A DNA stretch of 64,000 bases. Origin: Phormidesmis sp. (lineage in GTDB: Bacteria > Cyanobacteriota > Cyanobacteriia > Leptolyngbyales > Leptolyngbyaceae). How positions within the stretch are numbered: the first letter of the stretch is position 1; each line of letters opens with the position of its first letter. The position numbers and the translations under genes were made by a program. Below the pieces are notes generated by a model. It was not told where the DNA came from. It did not search any database and saw nothing but the letters and a program-made list of their open reading frames with translations. The DNA is taken from positions 1,056,001 through 1,120,000 of the forward strand of contig CBDFJR010000002.1 of the NCBI GenBank assembly GCA_965248535.1, read 5' to 3'. This document shows positions 41,054 through 52,286 of this stretch, in pieces.

Positions 41054-42490
41054 ATGAGTGCAACTGTTCAAAATCTGGTTAACCAACCTTACAAATACGG
41101 GTTCGTCACGGATATCGAATCCGACACCATTCCTCGTGGGTTGAGCGAAGAGATGGTGCGGCTCATTTCTGCCAAAAAAGAAGAGCCGGAATTTATGCTG
41201 GAGTTTCGGCTCAAGGCCTATCGGCAATGGCTCAAAATGACCGAGCCAGAATGGGCCCACGTCGGATATCCAGCGATCGACTATCAAGACATCATTTATT
41301 ACTCTGCGCCTAAGTTCAAAGAAAAGAAAAAGAGCCTAGATGAAGTCGATCCAGAGATGCTGGAAGCCTTTGAAAAGCTGGGCATTTCTCTATCTGAGCA
41401 AAAGCGTCTTAGCAATGTGGCAGTCGATGCAATTTTTGATAGCGTCTCAGTCGCGACGACTTTTAAAGAGAAGCTCGCTAAAGATGGCGTGATCTTCTGC
41501 TCGATTTCTGAAGCCGTGCGGGAATATCCTGAATTGGTCAAGAAATATTTAGGTAGCGTCGTTCCCGTTGGCGATAATTACTTTGCAGCGTTAAATTCTG
41601 CTGTGTTTAGTGATGGCTCGTTTGTGTTCATTCCCAAAGGCGTGAAATGCCCGATGGAGTTGTCTACTTACTTCCGCATCAACAATGGCGACTCCGGTCA
41701 GTTTGAACGGACGCTGATTATTGCAGAAGAAGGCAGTCAGGTCAGCTATCTCGAAGGCTGCACGGCTCCGATGTTTGACACCAATCAGCTTCACGCAGCA
41801 GTGGTGGAATTAGTCGCTTTAGATAATGCCGACATCAAATATTCCACGGTGCAAAACTGGTATGCGGGCGATGCCAATGGCAAAGGCGGCATCTACAATT
41901 TCGTCACCAAGCGCGGCTTGTGTCAGGGCGTGAACTCCAAGATTTCTTGGACGCAAGTTGAGACAGGTTCTGCCATCACCTGGAAATATCCAAGCTGTGT
42001 ATTAGTCGGCGATAACTCCGTCGGTGAGTTTTACTCAGTGGCGTTGACCAATCACCACCAGCAAGCCGACACCGGAACCAAGATGATTCACGTTGGCAAA
42101 AACACCCGCAGCACGATTATCTCAAAAGGGATCTCGGCGGGTCAGTCACACAATAGCTATCGCGGTTTGGTGAAAATTGGGCCCAAAGCTACGGGCGCAC
42201 GTAACTATTCTCAGTGTGACTCAATGCTGATCGGCGATCGGGCCCAAGCAAATACGTTCCCCTACATCCAGGTGCAAAACAACCAGGGCAAAGTCGAGCA
42301 TGAAGCGTCTACTTCCAAGATTGGGGAAGACCAGTTGTTCTATTTTAGTCAGCGCGGCATCTCGCCTGAAGACGCGATCTCAATGATGATTAGCGGCTTT
42401 TGCAAAGACGTGTTTAACCAACTGCCAATGGAGTTTGCGGTAGAAGCCGATCGGCTCCTCAGCCTCAAGCTTGAAGGCAGCGTTGGATAG
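41054..42490 (+). CDS. sufB: Fe-S cluster assembly protein SufB
   Basis: [31 protein letters not shown]. Confidence 0.98.
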   Translation: MSATVQNLVNQPYKYGFVTDIESDTIPRGLSEEMVRLISAKKEEPEFMLEFRLKAYRQWLKMTEPEWAHVGYPAIDYQDIIYYSAPKFKEKKKSLDEVDPEMLEAFEKLGISLSEQKRLSNVAVDAIFDSVSVATTFKEKLAKDGVIFCSISEAVREYPELVKKYLGSVVPVGDNYFAALNSAVFSDGSFVFIPKGVKCPMELSTYFRINNGDSGQFERTLIIAEEGSQVSYLEGCTAPMFDTNQLHAAVVELVALDNADIKYSTVQNWYAGDANGKGGIYNFVTKRGLCQGVNSKISWTQVETGSAITWKYPSCVLVGDNSVGEFYSVALTNHHQQADTGTKMIHVGKNTRSTIISKGISAGQSHNSYRGLVKIGPKATGARNYSQCDSMLIGDRAQANTFPYIQVQNNQGKVEHEASTSKIGEDQLFYFSQRGISPEDAISMMISGFCKDVFNQLPMEFAVEADRLLSLKLEGSVG

Positions 42491-42495
42491 GAAGA

Positions 42496-43113
42496 ATGGC
42501 ACAAACTCTGCAAGCAAAAGATGTCACCCTGCGTGACTTGATGGACAACTTTAAGCTGCAACTCGTTAGAGATGAGCAGTTCTTTTTAGAGTGGCAAGAA
42601 GACCTACCGAGTCTTACCCAATTCGAGAAAGACTCTTTAGACAGAGTGAGAGAAGGCTACTTCAATCTCATTACTGATCCGCCTCTAATCGAGAAAACGA
42701 TTCAGCTTGCCGTGTTAAGTCCACTCTTTTTTCTTGCGGGGTTTTATCTTCCTCCCTTCCAAATCAAGGCAGAAAAATCAATTGAAATCACTGCCGAAGA
42801 TGAAGGAACCATCATTCGAGGACAGATTGATATTCTGTTGATCAAAGAGCAATTTTGGGTGATGGCGATTGAGTCAAAGAGAGCATCGTTCTCGATCGAA
42901 GCCGGACTCGCTCAACTGCTGTCTTATATGTTGGCAAATCCGCACCCTGATCGACCTGGCTTTGGCATGATCGCATCAGGAAGTGATTATATTTTTGTCA
43001 AATTGGTCAGAGGCGAGACAGCCAAATATTCAACATCAGAACAGTTCGCGATGCGCAATCGCAACGACTTGTACGAGGTGTTTAAGATTCTGAAACGAAT
43101 CAGTCAACTGTAG
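42496..43113 (+). CDS. restriction endonuclease-like (HsdR N-terminal / PD-(D/E)xK) protein
   Basis: E...IRGQIDILL...AIESKR...GLAQLLSYM pattern. Confidence 0.8.
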   Translation: MAQTLQAKDVTLRDLMDNFKLQLVRDEQFFLEWQEDLPSLTQFEKDSLDRVREGYFNLITDPPLIEKTIQLAVLSPLFFLAGFYLPPFQIKAEKSIEITAEDEGTIIRGQIDILLIKEQFWVMAIESKRASFSIEAGLAQLLSYMLANPHPDRPGFGMIASGSDYIFVKLVRGETAKYSTSEQFAMRNRNDLYEVFKILKRISQL

Positions 43114-43136
43114 AGAATTCATCGAGAGGTCGGCGT

Positions 43137-43925
43137 GTGATTAACGAAAACAGCGAAGTCATTTTATCAGTTAAAGATCTGACGGCAGATGTCGGCGATA
43201 CTCAGATTCTTAAAGGGTTAAATCTGGAAATTAAAGCGGGTGAAATCCATGCCATCATGGGCCCTAATGGATCGGGAAAGAGCACCTTTTCTAAGCTTTT
43301 AGCAGGGCATCCGGCTTACAAAGTGACGGGGGGCGAAGTCACCTTTAGAGGACAAAATTTGTTGGAAATGGAGCCGGACGATCGGGCAAAATCCGGTGTG
43401 TTTCTCGCCTTTCAATATCCGTTAGAAATTCCGGGTGTTAGCAATCTGGACTTTTTGCGCGTCTCCTACAACGCCAAGCGCAAACAAGAAGGTTTAGAAG
43501 AACTCGATTCGTTTGACTTTGATGAGCTAGTTCGCACCAAGTTAGATTTGCTGAAAATGGATGCTGCTTTCCTCAGTCGCAGTGTGAATGAAGGCTTTTC
43601 TGGCGGTGAGAAGAAGCGCAACGAAATTCTGCAAATGGCGCTTTTAGAACCCAAGCTTGGCATTCTCGACGAGATCGATTCGGGTTTAGATATCGACGCG
43701 CTGAAGGTCGTCGCGAATGGAGTTAATCAGCTTAGAAAACCTGACAACGCGATTTTGATGATCACTCACTATCAGCGCTTGCTCGATTACATCGTCCCTG
43801 ATTTTGTGCACGTCATGGAAGGCGGACGCATTCTCACCACGGGCGGCAAAGAACTGGCGTTTGAGCTAGAGGCACGCGGCTATGAATGGGTGCGCGAAGA
43901 AGAAGCGGCGGAGGTGGCGCGATGA
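43137..43925 (+). CDS. sufC: Fe-S cluster assembly ATPase SufC
   Basis: [36 protein letters not shown]. Confidence 0.98.
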   Translation: MINENSEVILSVKDLTADVGDTQILKGLNLEIKAGEIHAIMGPNGSGKSTFSKLLAGHPAYKVTGGEVTFRGQNLLEMEPDDRAKSGVFLAFQYPLEIPGVSNLDFLRVSYNAKRKQEGLEELDSFDFDELVRTKLDLLKMDAAFLSRSVNEGFSGGEKKRNEILQMALLEPKLGILDEIDSGLDIDALKVVANGVNQLRKPDNAILMITHYQRLLDYIVPDFVHVMEGGRILTTGGKELAFELEARGYEWVREEEAAEVAR

Positions 43926-45256
43926 GTATTGAAGTTTCTGCCCCGATCGAGCCAACCCTAAAAACAAGAGTCGATCGAGCCGCCTATCTCGCTGGCTTGC
44001 TAAAATTACGTCCTGAATTGTCAGAGGACTTGACTGATTTGCGGGGAGTGCGCGATCGGGCCCTCGCGATCGCTCAAGAGTTAGCAATTCCTACAAATCG
44101 CGATGAAGAATGGCGATTTACAGATTTGTCTTCGCTGGTGCAAATCAATTTTCAGTCGCCCGATCGGGCATCAATAAGTTTTGCTCAAATCGAGTCGTTC
44201 ATTTTGCCCGAAGCGGTTAATAGTCGCCTCGTGTTTGTAAATGGCGCTTACGCCCCTGACTTATCGGCTACAGATGATTTGCCCGAAGGCGTTTTAGTCA
44301 CTAACTTAAGCGTTGCAGTCCAGTTTTTGCCGTCCTTGCAGAATTATCTAGCAAAGCAGCAGGGCGCAGAAGAAGTGTTTACAGCATTGAATACGGCAAG
44401 CCTGATTGATGGCGCGATCGTCCACGTCCCCAAAAATCAAGTGGTCGAAACGCCGATTCAAATTCTTTTTGTATCCACGGTTGGAGATGATGCCACGATC
44501 GCCCATCCGCGCTGTCTCGTGATTGCAGAATCGGGCAGCAGCCTGACGTTGGTTGAAGAATATGTCTCGATCGGGGATGGTGGATATTTCACCAATGCCG
44601 TGACGGAGATCGCGATCGCCGAAAACGCGCAGGTGAGTCACACTAGAGTTCAGAGAGAAAGTGAGAGTGCGTTTCACATCGGCAAAACTGCCGTGTCTCA
44701 GGCTCGTGATTCTCGCTATGTCTGCAATGCGGTTAGTCTAGGCGCTAAGATTTCTCGCCACAATCCAGAAGTTTATCAAACAGGTGAGCAGACGCAAACT
44801 ACGCTCAACGGATTGATCATGATCAACGGTGAGCAAGTCGGCGACACTCACAGTAAGATTGCCTTCACCAAACCTCACGGAACGAGCAATCAGGTGCAGA
44901 AATGTATTGTCGGCGATCGGGCCCACGCCATTTTTAACGGCAAAGTCTCCGTCCCGCAAGCTGCACAATTGACGAATGCCGCTCAACTTAGCCGAAATTT
45001 GTTGCTCTCACCCAGAGCCAGAGTTGACACCAAACCTCAGCTAGAAATCACGGCGGATAATGTCAAATGTGCCCACGGTGCGACGGTTAGCCAACTCGAA
45101 GACGACGAAGTGTTTTATCTGCAAAGCCGAGGCTTAAATCAAGAAGAAGCCCGTAAATTGTTGACCTATGCGTTTGCGATCGAGATCATCAATCAAATTC
45201 CCGTTACGTCTCTCAAAAATAATCTGACGACCCTCATCCGAACTCAGCAACTCTAA
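43922..45256 (+). CDS. sufD: Fe-S cluster assembly protein SufD
   Basis: [37 protein letters not shown] overlap with sufC. Confidence 0.96.
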   Translation: MSIEVSAPIEPTLKTRVDRAAYLAGLLKLRPELSEDLTDLRGVRDRALAIAQELAIPTNRDEEWRFTDLSSLVQINFQSPDRASISFAQIESFILPEAVNSRLVFVNGAYAPDLSATDDLPEGVLVTNLSVAVQFLPSLQNYLAKQQGAEEVFTALNTASLIDGAIVHVPKNQVVETPIQILFVSTVGDDATIAHPRCLVIAESGSSLTLVEEYVSIGDGGYFTNAVTEIAIAENAQVSHTRVQRESESAFHIGKTAVSQARDSRYVCNAVSLGAKISRHNPEVYQTGEQTQTTLNGLIMINGEQVGDTHSKIAFTKPHGTSNQVQKCIVGDRAHAIFNGKVSVPQAAQLTNAAQLSRNLLLSPRARVDTKPQLEITADNVKCAHGATVSQLEDDEVFYLQSRGLNQEEARKLLTYAFAIEIINQIPVTSLKNNLTTLIRTQQL

Positions 45257-45281
45257 ATCCCTCATTCCCCATCGATCTAAG

Positions 45282-46541
45282 ATGACTATTATTCAAGAAA
45301 AGACCATTGCCGCCAAAGTGCGATCGGACTTCCCGATCTTGCATCAGCAGATTCACGGCAAGCCACTGGTTTATCTCGATAATGCGGCAACTTCTCAGAA
45401 GCCGATCGCCGTTCTCGACGCGCTACGTCACTATTACGAACACGACAATGCTAATGTGCATCGCGGCGTTCATACCCTCAGTTCCCGCGCAACAGATGGC
45501 TATGAAGGCGCACGCGATAAAGTGGCTGCCTTTGTGAACGCGGCTTCTCGCCAAGAGATTGTCTACACGCGCAACGCCACCGAAGCGATTAACCTCGTCG
45601 CCTATTCCCAGGGAAGCACCTTAAAGTCGGGTGACGAAATCATTCTCTCGGTGATGGAGCATCACAGTAATCTGATTCCGTGGCAGATGTTGGCTCAAAG
45701 AACGGGAGCCGTGCTGAAGTTTGTCGGACTGACTGAAACCGAAGAATTTGACTTTGAGCAATTCAAGTCTTTGCTGTCAGATAAAACGAAGATTGTCTCG
45801 ATCGTCCACGTCTCTAATACATTAGGCTGCATTAATCCCGTTAAAGAAATTTGTGCAGAAGCGCATCGCTATGGCGCAAACGTCTTAGTGGATGCGTGTC
45901 AGAGTTTGCCGCACATGGCGATCGACGTGCAAGCGATCGACTGTGATTGGCTCGTCGGTTCGGGTCATAAAATGTGTGCCCCAACGGGAATCGGATTTCT
46001 CTACGGCAAACTGGATCTGCTGCGATCGATGCCTCCTTTTCTTGGCGGCGGCGAGATGATCGCCGATGTCTTTTTAGATCACGCCACCTATGCCGATCTG
46101 CCCCACAAATTTGAAGCCGGAACGCCAGCCATTGCCGAAGCGATCGGGCTAGGCGCAGCTGTCGATTATTTGACCCACATCGGCATGAATCAGATTCACG
46201 CCTACGAAGAAGAACTCACGGCTTATTTATTTCACAAGCTAAAAGAAATCCCTGAACTTCGCATTTATGGCCCAAAACCAAACGAGGACGGCAGCGGACG
46301 AGCGGCAATAGCAGCATTTACGGCAGGCGAGGTGCATCCTCACGATTTGTCTACGATCTTAGATCAGTCAGGTGTTGCGATTCGGGCAGGACATCACTGC
46401 ACCCAGCCGCTTCACCGCCATCTCAAAGCTCAATCAACCGCACGAGCTAGCTTATATTTCTATAACACTCGCGAAGAGATTGATGTCTTTGTTGCGTCGC
46501 TTAAAGAAGCCGTTGCCTTTTTTGGTGACATTTTTGGATAA
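45282..46541 (+). CDS. sufS: cysteine desulfurase SufS
   Basis: [28 protein letters not shown]. Confidence 0.97.
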   Translation: MTIIQEKTIAAKVRSDFPILHQQIHGKPLVYLDNAATSQKPIAVLDALRHYYEHDNANVHRGVHTLSSRATDGYEGARDKVAAFVNAASRQEIVYTRNATEAINLVAYSQGSTLKSGDEIILSVMEHHSNLIPWQMLAQRTGAVLKFVGLTETEEFDFEQFKSLLSDKTKIVSIVHVSNTLGCINPVKEICAEAHRYGANVLVDACQSLPHMAIDVQAIDCDWLVGSGHKMCAPTGIGFLYGKLDLLRSMPPFLGGGEMIADVFLDHATYADLPHKFEAGTPAIAEAIGLGAAVDYLTHIGMNQIHAYEEELTAYLFHKLKEIPELRIYGPKPNEDGSGRAAIAAFTAGEVHPHDLSTILDQSGVAIRAGHHCTQPLHRHLKAQSTARASLYFYNTREEIDVFVASLKEAVAFFGDIFG

Positions 46542-46663
46542 GTTCGCTCTTTTGGAGGGTGGCGATCGTGCCTAAAGATTGATGGTGACTTGAGGAAATC
46601 TCTGACACAATAACGCTTGATAGCCAGAAAAGTTGTCAAGCGTTTTTAGTGGGATTCAGAGAG

Positions 46664-47125
46664 ATGCTCAAATCGTGGATGGTAATCGGAGCCGTTACAT
46701 TTCTCGTTGCGTTTGGAAGCGGGATTATCAAACCCAAAGATGTGAAGTGGTTTGCTCGGTTGCGTCGCCCCAATTGGCTAACCTTTGAATTCTTAATTCC
46801 GATTATCTGGACGATTGTGTTTATCTGCGGTGCGTGGTCAGCCTACATCGTGTGGGAGCGCACTCAAAGCTGGGCATTAATGGCGTTTTATCTACTGGTA
46901 GAAGTGACGATCGTGCTCTATTCTCCCGTCATGCTATGGACTCGCAGACTCAACATCGGCACCGTGATCGGCGGAGTAGGATTCATTTTAGGGTTGATCT
47001 TGACGTTTTTTGTAATGCCAGTGTCTGGCACAGCAGCGCTTTTGTTGTTGCCCTATTTGATCTGGAGTCCGATCGGCACCTACACCACCTGGGAAATGAG
47101 CAAACTTAATCCTGAATCTGCATAA
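46664..47125 (+). CDS. TspO/MBR family tryptophan-rich sensory protein
   Basis: WF..LRRP.W, IW, LLLPYL.W; about 5 TMs. Confidence 0.9.
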   Translation: MLKSWMVIGAVTFLVAFGSGIIKPKDVKWFARLRRPNWLTFEFLIPIIWTIVFICGAWSAYIVWERTQSWALMAFYLLVEVTIVLYSPVMLWTRRLNIGTVIGGVGFILGLILTFFVMPVSGTAALLLLPYLIWSPIGTYTTWEMSKLNPESA

Positions 47126-47180
47126 CCCTATCGCTCAATAGAGTTGTAGGATCGTAAGGGTGAAAATAAGGAGCAACTCT

Positions 47181-47603
47181 ATGACTCGCATCATCATGGA
47201 AACAGACAAGGGCACGATTCATCTTGATATGTTTGATCAAGATGCGCCCAAAACGATCAAGAACTTTGTAGAACTGGCCAACAAAGGCTTCTACGATGGA
47301 CTCAAGTTTCATCGGGTGATTCCCAACTTCATGGTTCAAGGCGGCTGCCCGTTAGGGACTGGCACAGGCGGCCCCGGCTACAAAATCAACTGCGAAATCA
47401 ACAAAAATAAGCACCTAGCAGGAACCCTATCAATGGCTCACGCAGGTCGCAACACAGGCGGAAGCCAGTTTTTCATCTGTCATTCGCCCCAACCTCACCT
47501 TGATGGACAACACACGACCTTTGGGCAAACCCAAGATATGGATGTCGTTAACGCGATCCGTCAGGGTGACAAAATCATCTCGGTGAAGGTCGAAGCGCCG
47601 TAA
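47181..47603 (+). CDS. cyclophilin-type peptidyl-prolyl isomerase
   Basis: [43 protein letters not shown] before ATG 47181. Confidence 0.96.
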   Translation: MTRIIMETDKGTIHLDMFDQDAPKTIKNFVELANKGFYDGLKFHRVIPNFMVQGGCPLGTGTGGPGYKINCEINKNKHLAGTLSMAHAGRNTGGSQFFICHSPQPHLDGQHTTFGQTQDMDVVNAIRQGDKIISVKVEAP

Positions 47604-47675
47604 TTCTTGGAGCTTTAAACGGCGATCGCTGATGGTCGCTGACAGCTTGTATCTTTCTCAACAAGCCTAGGTTTT

Positions 47676-47710
47676 GCCCCCTGATCCTCTAATTTTTTAG
47701 GGGGCTTTTT
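47676..47710 (+). terminator. hairpin with T tract (also resembles a decayed copy of the 1596/7546 repeat)
   Basis: GCCCCCT...AGGGGGC followed by TTTTT. Confidence 0.5.
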
Positions 47711-47872
47711 AAGAATATTCTACGGTTGCTTGTTTGCAAAAACGCTTCACCTATCGGTCGATTGGTGAATCAGAGCGCAGCGATCGCGCCACTGTCCATC
47801 AACTATCAAGCCCCTGTATTATCTATTTGGCGAGCTACATAATTAGTGGGACGGGGTTTTTTAAAAGACACG

Positions 47873-50623
47873 ATGAAGATCCTTTTAGTAGACGATGACC
47901 AGCAGTTTTCTGATCAACTCAAAGCTTCACTAACCGCTTGCTACTATACCGTAGACACCGCGATCGATGGGCAAGAAGGCTGGAATCTCGTCGAAACCTT
48001 TGACTATGACTTGATTTTGCTAGACATCTTGTTGCCAAAACTGGATGGAATTAGTTTTTGCCGACGGCTGCGAGCCAAGGGCAGCCAAACGTTAGTTCTA
48101 CTTCTAACAGCTAGAAGCACCAGTCATGACAAGATTCTGGGGCTTGATGCCGGAGCCGACGACTATGTGGTTAAACCGATAGGGTTTCAAGAACTAGAAG
48201 CTCGCATTCGCGCCCTGCTGCGTCGAAAGACTACCGCAACCGCTCCCAGACTAGAATGGGGCAATTTAAGACTTGATTCTAAAAGTGGTGAGGTCACCTA
48301 TAATCATGCGTCTTTGAGTCTAACTCGCAAAGAGTATGGGCTATTAGAGTTATTTTTGCGAAACCCCGATCGCATCTTTAGCCACAGTGCGATTCTGACC
48401 CAGCTATGGTCGTTTGAGAGTGACATCCCTGGAGAAGAGACGGTCAGAGCACACATCAAACGGCTCAGGCAGAAACTCAAAGGACTAGGAGCCTCTGATT
48501 TGATCGAAACGGTCTATGGGCTGGGCTATCGGTTGAATTCCGATTCCCACAAAAATCCGACTGCTAGCGAGTCTCAACCTAAAAGCAGCCAAAACACCCG
48601 CCCGATCGTCAAACCTGACCTAGCCGTGTCTCAACCGCTAGCGGTGAATGACTGGGAAACCACTAAGCGCAACCTGATTGAACGAACGGCAATTTTAGAG
48701 CAGGCGACCCGATCGCTGTCTCAAAATTTGCTAACAGATGATGTGCGACAGAGAGCACAACAAGAATGCCACAAGCTGATTGGCTCTTTAGGGCTGTTAG
48801 GTTTGCCAGCAGGCTCAGAACTTGTTCAACAAATTCAGCCGCAGCTACAGCGACAACTGTTGCTTAAACCAAAACAATTACAGTGGCTCTGCGAACAGGT
48901 AGCTACGTTACAAAACCTGATTAAAAACGCTGCTGACCCCAAAGATTCTAACGTTAATCAACATGAACTAGAGACACAACCACGATCGCTTCTCATCAGT
49001 GATGATCAAGAATTTGGAAGTCTTCTGGTTGCAGAAGCAACAACACGGGGACTACACCTCTTAGTAATGGCTAATATGCAGTTAGCAAAAGATGCCATTC
49101 AGCGAGTTTGCCCTGATGTGTTGCTGTTAGATTTGTCTACACCTGAGCGCTATAGAGCAGGATTGCTCCTATTAGAAGGCCTCTCTCAAGAAACGCCTTC
49201 GCTGCCCGTGATTGTCTTGATGGACAGTGCTCAGGTAACTGACCGCTTGACGATCGCTCGTCATAACGGCCGGGGAATTTTTCCAAAATCGATCGCCCCT
49301 GCTCGGATTTTAGAGGTTTTGGCTCAAACTCTAGAGCCACCTAAAAACAGCGAAGCCAAAATTCTAATCGTGGATGACGATCCAATTTTTCTACGATTGC
49401 TAAAAGCCATATTAAAGCCTTGGGGCTTACAAGTCACCACGCTCAAAAATCCCTTAGAGTTTTGGGACGAGTTGCAATCTATTAGACCCGACTTGTTAAT
49501 ATTAGACGTGCAAATGCCAGATGTAGACGGCATTGAGTTGTGTCGAATGCTTCGCAACGATTCTGACTGGGCGTGGCTCCCGGTTTTGTTTCTCACAGGG
49601 CACAAAGATACCGACACCATTCAACAGCTTTTTGCAGCGGGCGCAGATGACTATATTAGCAAACCTGTTGTTCCACCAGAGATCATCACCCGCATTCTAA
49701 ACCGTTTAGAACGGACGCGATTGCTTCGTAATCAAGCCGAAGTAGATGGGCTGACTCGCCTGTCAAATCGATCGCGGGCCACCCAAGACATCATCAATTT
49801 CCTGCACTTATCAAAGCAATATCAACAGCCTTTTTGTCTGGCAGTTTTAGAACTAGATAATCTAAAGCAGGTCAATCATCAATATGACCATAGGCTGGGT
49901 GATCAAATTCTATATCAAACGGCTCGTCTCTTGCGGCAAGCCTTCCGCAGTCAAGATGTGGTGTCGCGCTGGGATGGAGCAGAGTTTGTCATTGGCATGT
50001 ATGGCATCACTCGCCGAGACGGGGTGGAGTGGCTATCTGAGGTGCTAGAGTCTCTGCGTCAAGTAGAATTTTTAAGCTCTGATGGGGGGGTGACGCAGGC
50101 AAGTTTTAGCGTCGGAGTGTCTCAATATCCAGAAGATGGAACAGGATTGCAGACGCTCTATCAAACCACCAGAGTTGCTTTAGAGCAGGCAAAAGGTGTG
50201 GGCGGCGATCGGGTGTTGCCCGTTACCTGGCAGTCGTCGCCTACTCAACTTGATGTGATCTTGCTGCATCAAGATACGCCCTTTGCTCAGTCTCTCTTGA
50301 AGGCGCTAACAACGCGGGGCTACCATAGCCACTGGCTGCAAGGTGGAATGGCGGTAGACGCAATCTTAAAAGATGGTCAGAACAGTCTCTTTTCCCAGAG
50401 TCGTGCGATTCTAATTGAGGCAAACTTGCCGGGCTTAAGCGGACTGGAACTGATCAAACGGTTGAGAAAGCGTAACATCAATCAGCGATCGCGGTTAATC
50501 CTGCTGTCTACTCAACCGAGCGAAGCCGAAGCAGCAATGAATTTAGGATGTTTTGATTACGTCAATCTACCCTGTAGCTTAACCACCCTCATTGCTCACT
50601 TGCGTCGAGCTATAGAGGCATAA
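47873..50623 (+). CDS. multidomain response regulator REC-wHTH-HPt-REC-REC-degenerate GGDEF-pseudoREC (RcaC-like)
   Basis: LLDILLP, IETVYGLGY, CHKLIGSLG, ILDVQMP, RSQD..SRWDGAEF, LIEANLP. Confidence 0.9.
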   Translation: MKILLVDDDQQFSDQLKASLTACYYTVDTAIDGQEGWNLVETFDYDLILLDILLPKLDGISFCRRLRAKGSQTLVLLLTARSTSHDKILGLDAGADDYVVKPIGFQELEARIRALLRRKTTATAPRLEWGNLRLDSKSGEVTYNHASLSLTRKEYGLLELFLRNPDRIFSHSAILTQLWSFESDIPGEETVRAHIKRLRQKLKGLGASDLIETVYGLGYRLNSDSHKNPTASESQPKSSQNTRPIVKPDLAVSQPLAVNDWETTKRNLIERTAILEQATRSLSQNLLTDDVRQRAQQECHKLIGSLGLLGLPAGSELVQQIQPQLQRQLLLKPKQLQWLCEQVATLQNLIKNAADPKDSNVNQHELETQPRSLLISDDQEFGSLLVAEATTRGLHLLVMANMQLAKDAIQRVCPDVLLLDLSTPERYRAGLLLLEGLSQETPSLPVIVLMDSAQVTDRLTIARHNGRGIFPKSIAPARILEVLAQTLEPPKNSEAKILIVDDDPIFLRLLKAILKPWGLQVTTLKNPLEFWDELQSIRPDLLILDVQMPDVDGIELCRMLRNDSDWAWLPVLFLTGHKDTDTIQQLFAAGADDYISKPVVPPEIITRILNRLERTRLLRNQAEVDGLTRLSNRSRATQDIINFLHLSKQYQQPFCLAVLELDNLKQVNHQYDHRLGDQILYQTARLLRQAFRSQDVVSRWDGAEFVIGMYGITRRDGVEWLSEVLESLRQVEFLSSDGGVTQASFSVGVSQYPEDGTGLQTLYQTTRVALEQAKGVGGDRVLPVTWQSSPTQLDVILLHQDTPFAQSLLKALTTRGYHSHWLQGGMAVDAILKDGQNSLFSQSRAILIEANLPGLSGLELIKRLRKRNINQRSRLILLSTQPSEAEAAMNLGCFDYVNLPCSLTTLIAHLRRAIEA

Positions 50624-50644
50624 AATTTTGGCTTCAGTCTCAGA

Positions 50645-51760
50645 TCAGGATTTCTGCTTTCGAGCCGTGATATCTCTAACAACTCCTTCATAAAACAGCA
50701 AGTCTCCCCGCGCATCATGCACCTTGCGGACTGTCTCAGCGATCCAGATAACGCTGCCATCTTTGCGATAGACCTGCGAATCAAAATCAGAGACGGTTTC
50801 CTGCTGTTCTAAACAGGCAACAAACTCCTCTCGTCGCTGCGGTTGCACATAAAGCTGTTGAGCAATGTTATTAATCGTTTGGATCAAATCGTCAGGAGAC
50901 GCATATCCATAAATTCGAGCTAAGGCTGGGTTTGCATTCAAATACATGCCATCACGAGTGGTTTGAAAGATGCCGTCGATAGCGTTCTCAAAGATGCTGT
51001 GATAGTTTGCTTCTGCGTTTCTACAGTCCTGAATACTTTGCTCTAACCTAATATTTTGCTCTTCTAATCTTTTTTGCAGCATCCGAATATTTAGCTGATG
51101 CTCAACTCGTGCTAGCACCTCTTCCATTTGAAACGGTTTAGGAATGTAGTCCGTTCCCCCCACTTCAAAAGCTTTTACTTTGTCGAGCGAGTTATTGAGG
51201 GTGCTGATAAAAATGACTGGAATCTCACGTGTTAAAGTGTTGGCTTTAAGACGACCACAGACTTGATAGCCATCTAGACCTGGCATCATGATGTCGAGCA
51301 AAATCAGGTCGGGTTTTAGTTCGATCGCGGTAGGCAAGGCCGCGATGCTACTGGTTGCATGACCCACTTCATAGCCGTGCTTAGACAATGCAGCCGAAAG
51401 AAGACGCACATTTAGGCAAGCATCATCCACAATCAAGATCGTGCCACGATGAGTAGATTCGCGCAGCTTAAACCCTAATAGCCAAAAGATAGTTTGTTCG
51501 GCATTTCTCAGTTCTTGACGATGTTTAGCTCCCTGGGTGGTTAAAGCTTGATGAAGAACTGCCAAATGCTCTAGCCGCTCGATCGCTGCATTCACTTTCT
51601 GGTCTTCTAAATACAAGCTTTCGATCACTGCATTTAAATCGCTCAAAGAATCTGCCTTGAGTCCAGCTCCTGTGGCAATTACAGAGCTTATTTGATCAAG
51701 GTTTTGGTGCAACAGTTTTCGGATTTGATAGCTTGTAGCCAGCGAAAGTTGTTTCCGCAT
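50645..51760 (-). CDS. REC-PAS/PAC protein without output domain
   Basis: LLDIMMPGLDG, DYIPKPF, IFENAIDGIFQ, RKDGSVIWI, RDIT then stop. Confidence 0.88.
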   Translation of the reverse strand: MRKQLSLATSYQIRKLLHQNLDQISSVIATGAGLKADSLSDLNAVIESLYLEDQKVNAAIERLEHLAVLHQALTTQGAKHRQELRNAEQTIFWLLGFKLRESTHRGTILIVDDACLNVRLLSAALSKHGYEVGHATSSIAALPTAIELKPDLILLDIMMPGLDGYQVCGRLKANTLTREIPVIFISTLNNSLDKVKAFEVGGTDYIPKPFQMEEVLARVEHQLNIRMLQKRLEEQNIRLEQSIQDCRNAEANYHSIFENAIDGIFQTTRDGMYLNANPALARIYGYASPDDLIQTINNIAQQLYVQPQRREEFVACLEQQETVSDFDSQVYRKDGSVIWIAETVRKVHDARGDLLFYEGVVRDITARKQKS

Positions 51761-51821
51761 AAGCTGAATAAGTATTAATTTAAAGTCTCAATTGAGTGTT
51801 CCCGTGAGCAAAATAAACGCA

Positions 51822-52238
51822 TTAAATTCTGTCAGAGCTTAAGATTTGCTGAACCGCGGACTTCAGGTGGTCATATTCCAATTTGAGCAATAAAAACTTC
51901 TCGTTACAGGTTTCGGTAGATTCTAGCTGCACACTGATTTCTAGATCTTGACAAGCGCGAGAAAATCGAATCGCACCAAAAGCAGAACTACTGAACTTTA
52001 AACTGCTTGCAAGTTTCCGAGCTTCATCCACTTCACCAAGGTCGATCGCGTGCCCAATAGCCTGTAAAAGACTAGAAAATTCGGCAAGATAATGATCTGT
52101 AAATTCAGACAAAACTTTTGTCGAGTTTTCACCGCTAACGTGTTTCAAAAACCTCAAGACATTGGGAACCAAGATGAGTAAATCTAAGTGCGGAGGGCTG
52201 ACTACAGGTTTAGAATTGCCGTCTAAAGAATCCAACAT
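51822..52238 (-). CDS. Hpt-like protein lacking the phospho-His
   Basis: ARKLASSLKFSSSAFGA..FS..C..LE versus canonical AHxLKGSS. Confidence 0.75.
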   Translation of the reverse strand: MLDSLDGNSKPVVSPPHLDLLILVPNVLRFLKHVSGENSTKVLSEFTDHYLAEFSSLLQAIGHAIDLGEVDEARKLASSLKFSSSAFGAIRFSRACQDLEISVQLESTETCNEKFLLLKLEYDHLKSAVQQILSSDRI

Positions 52239-52286
52239 CTAATCGATCGCCTTTGTACTGTAGAAATCGCGGGTTATAAGAGTCGA

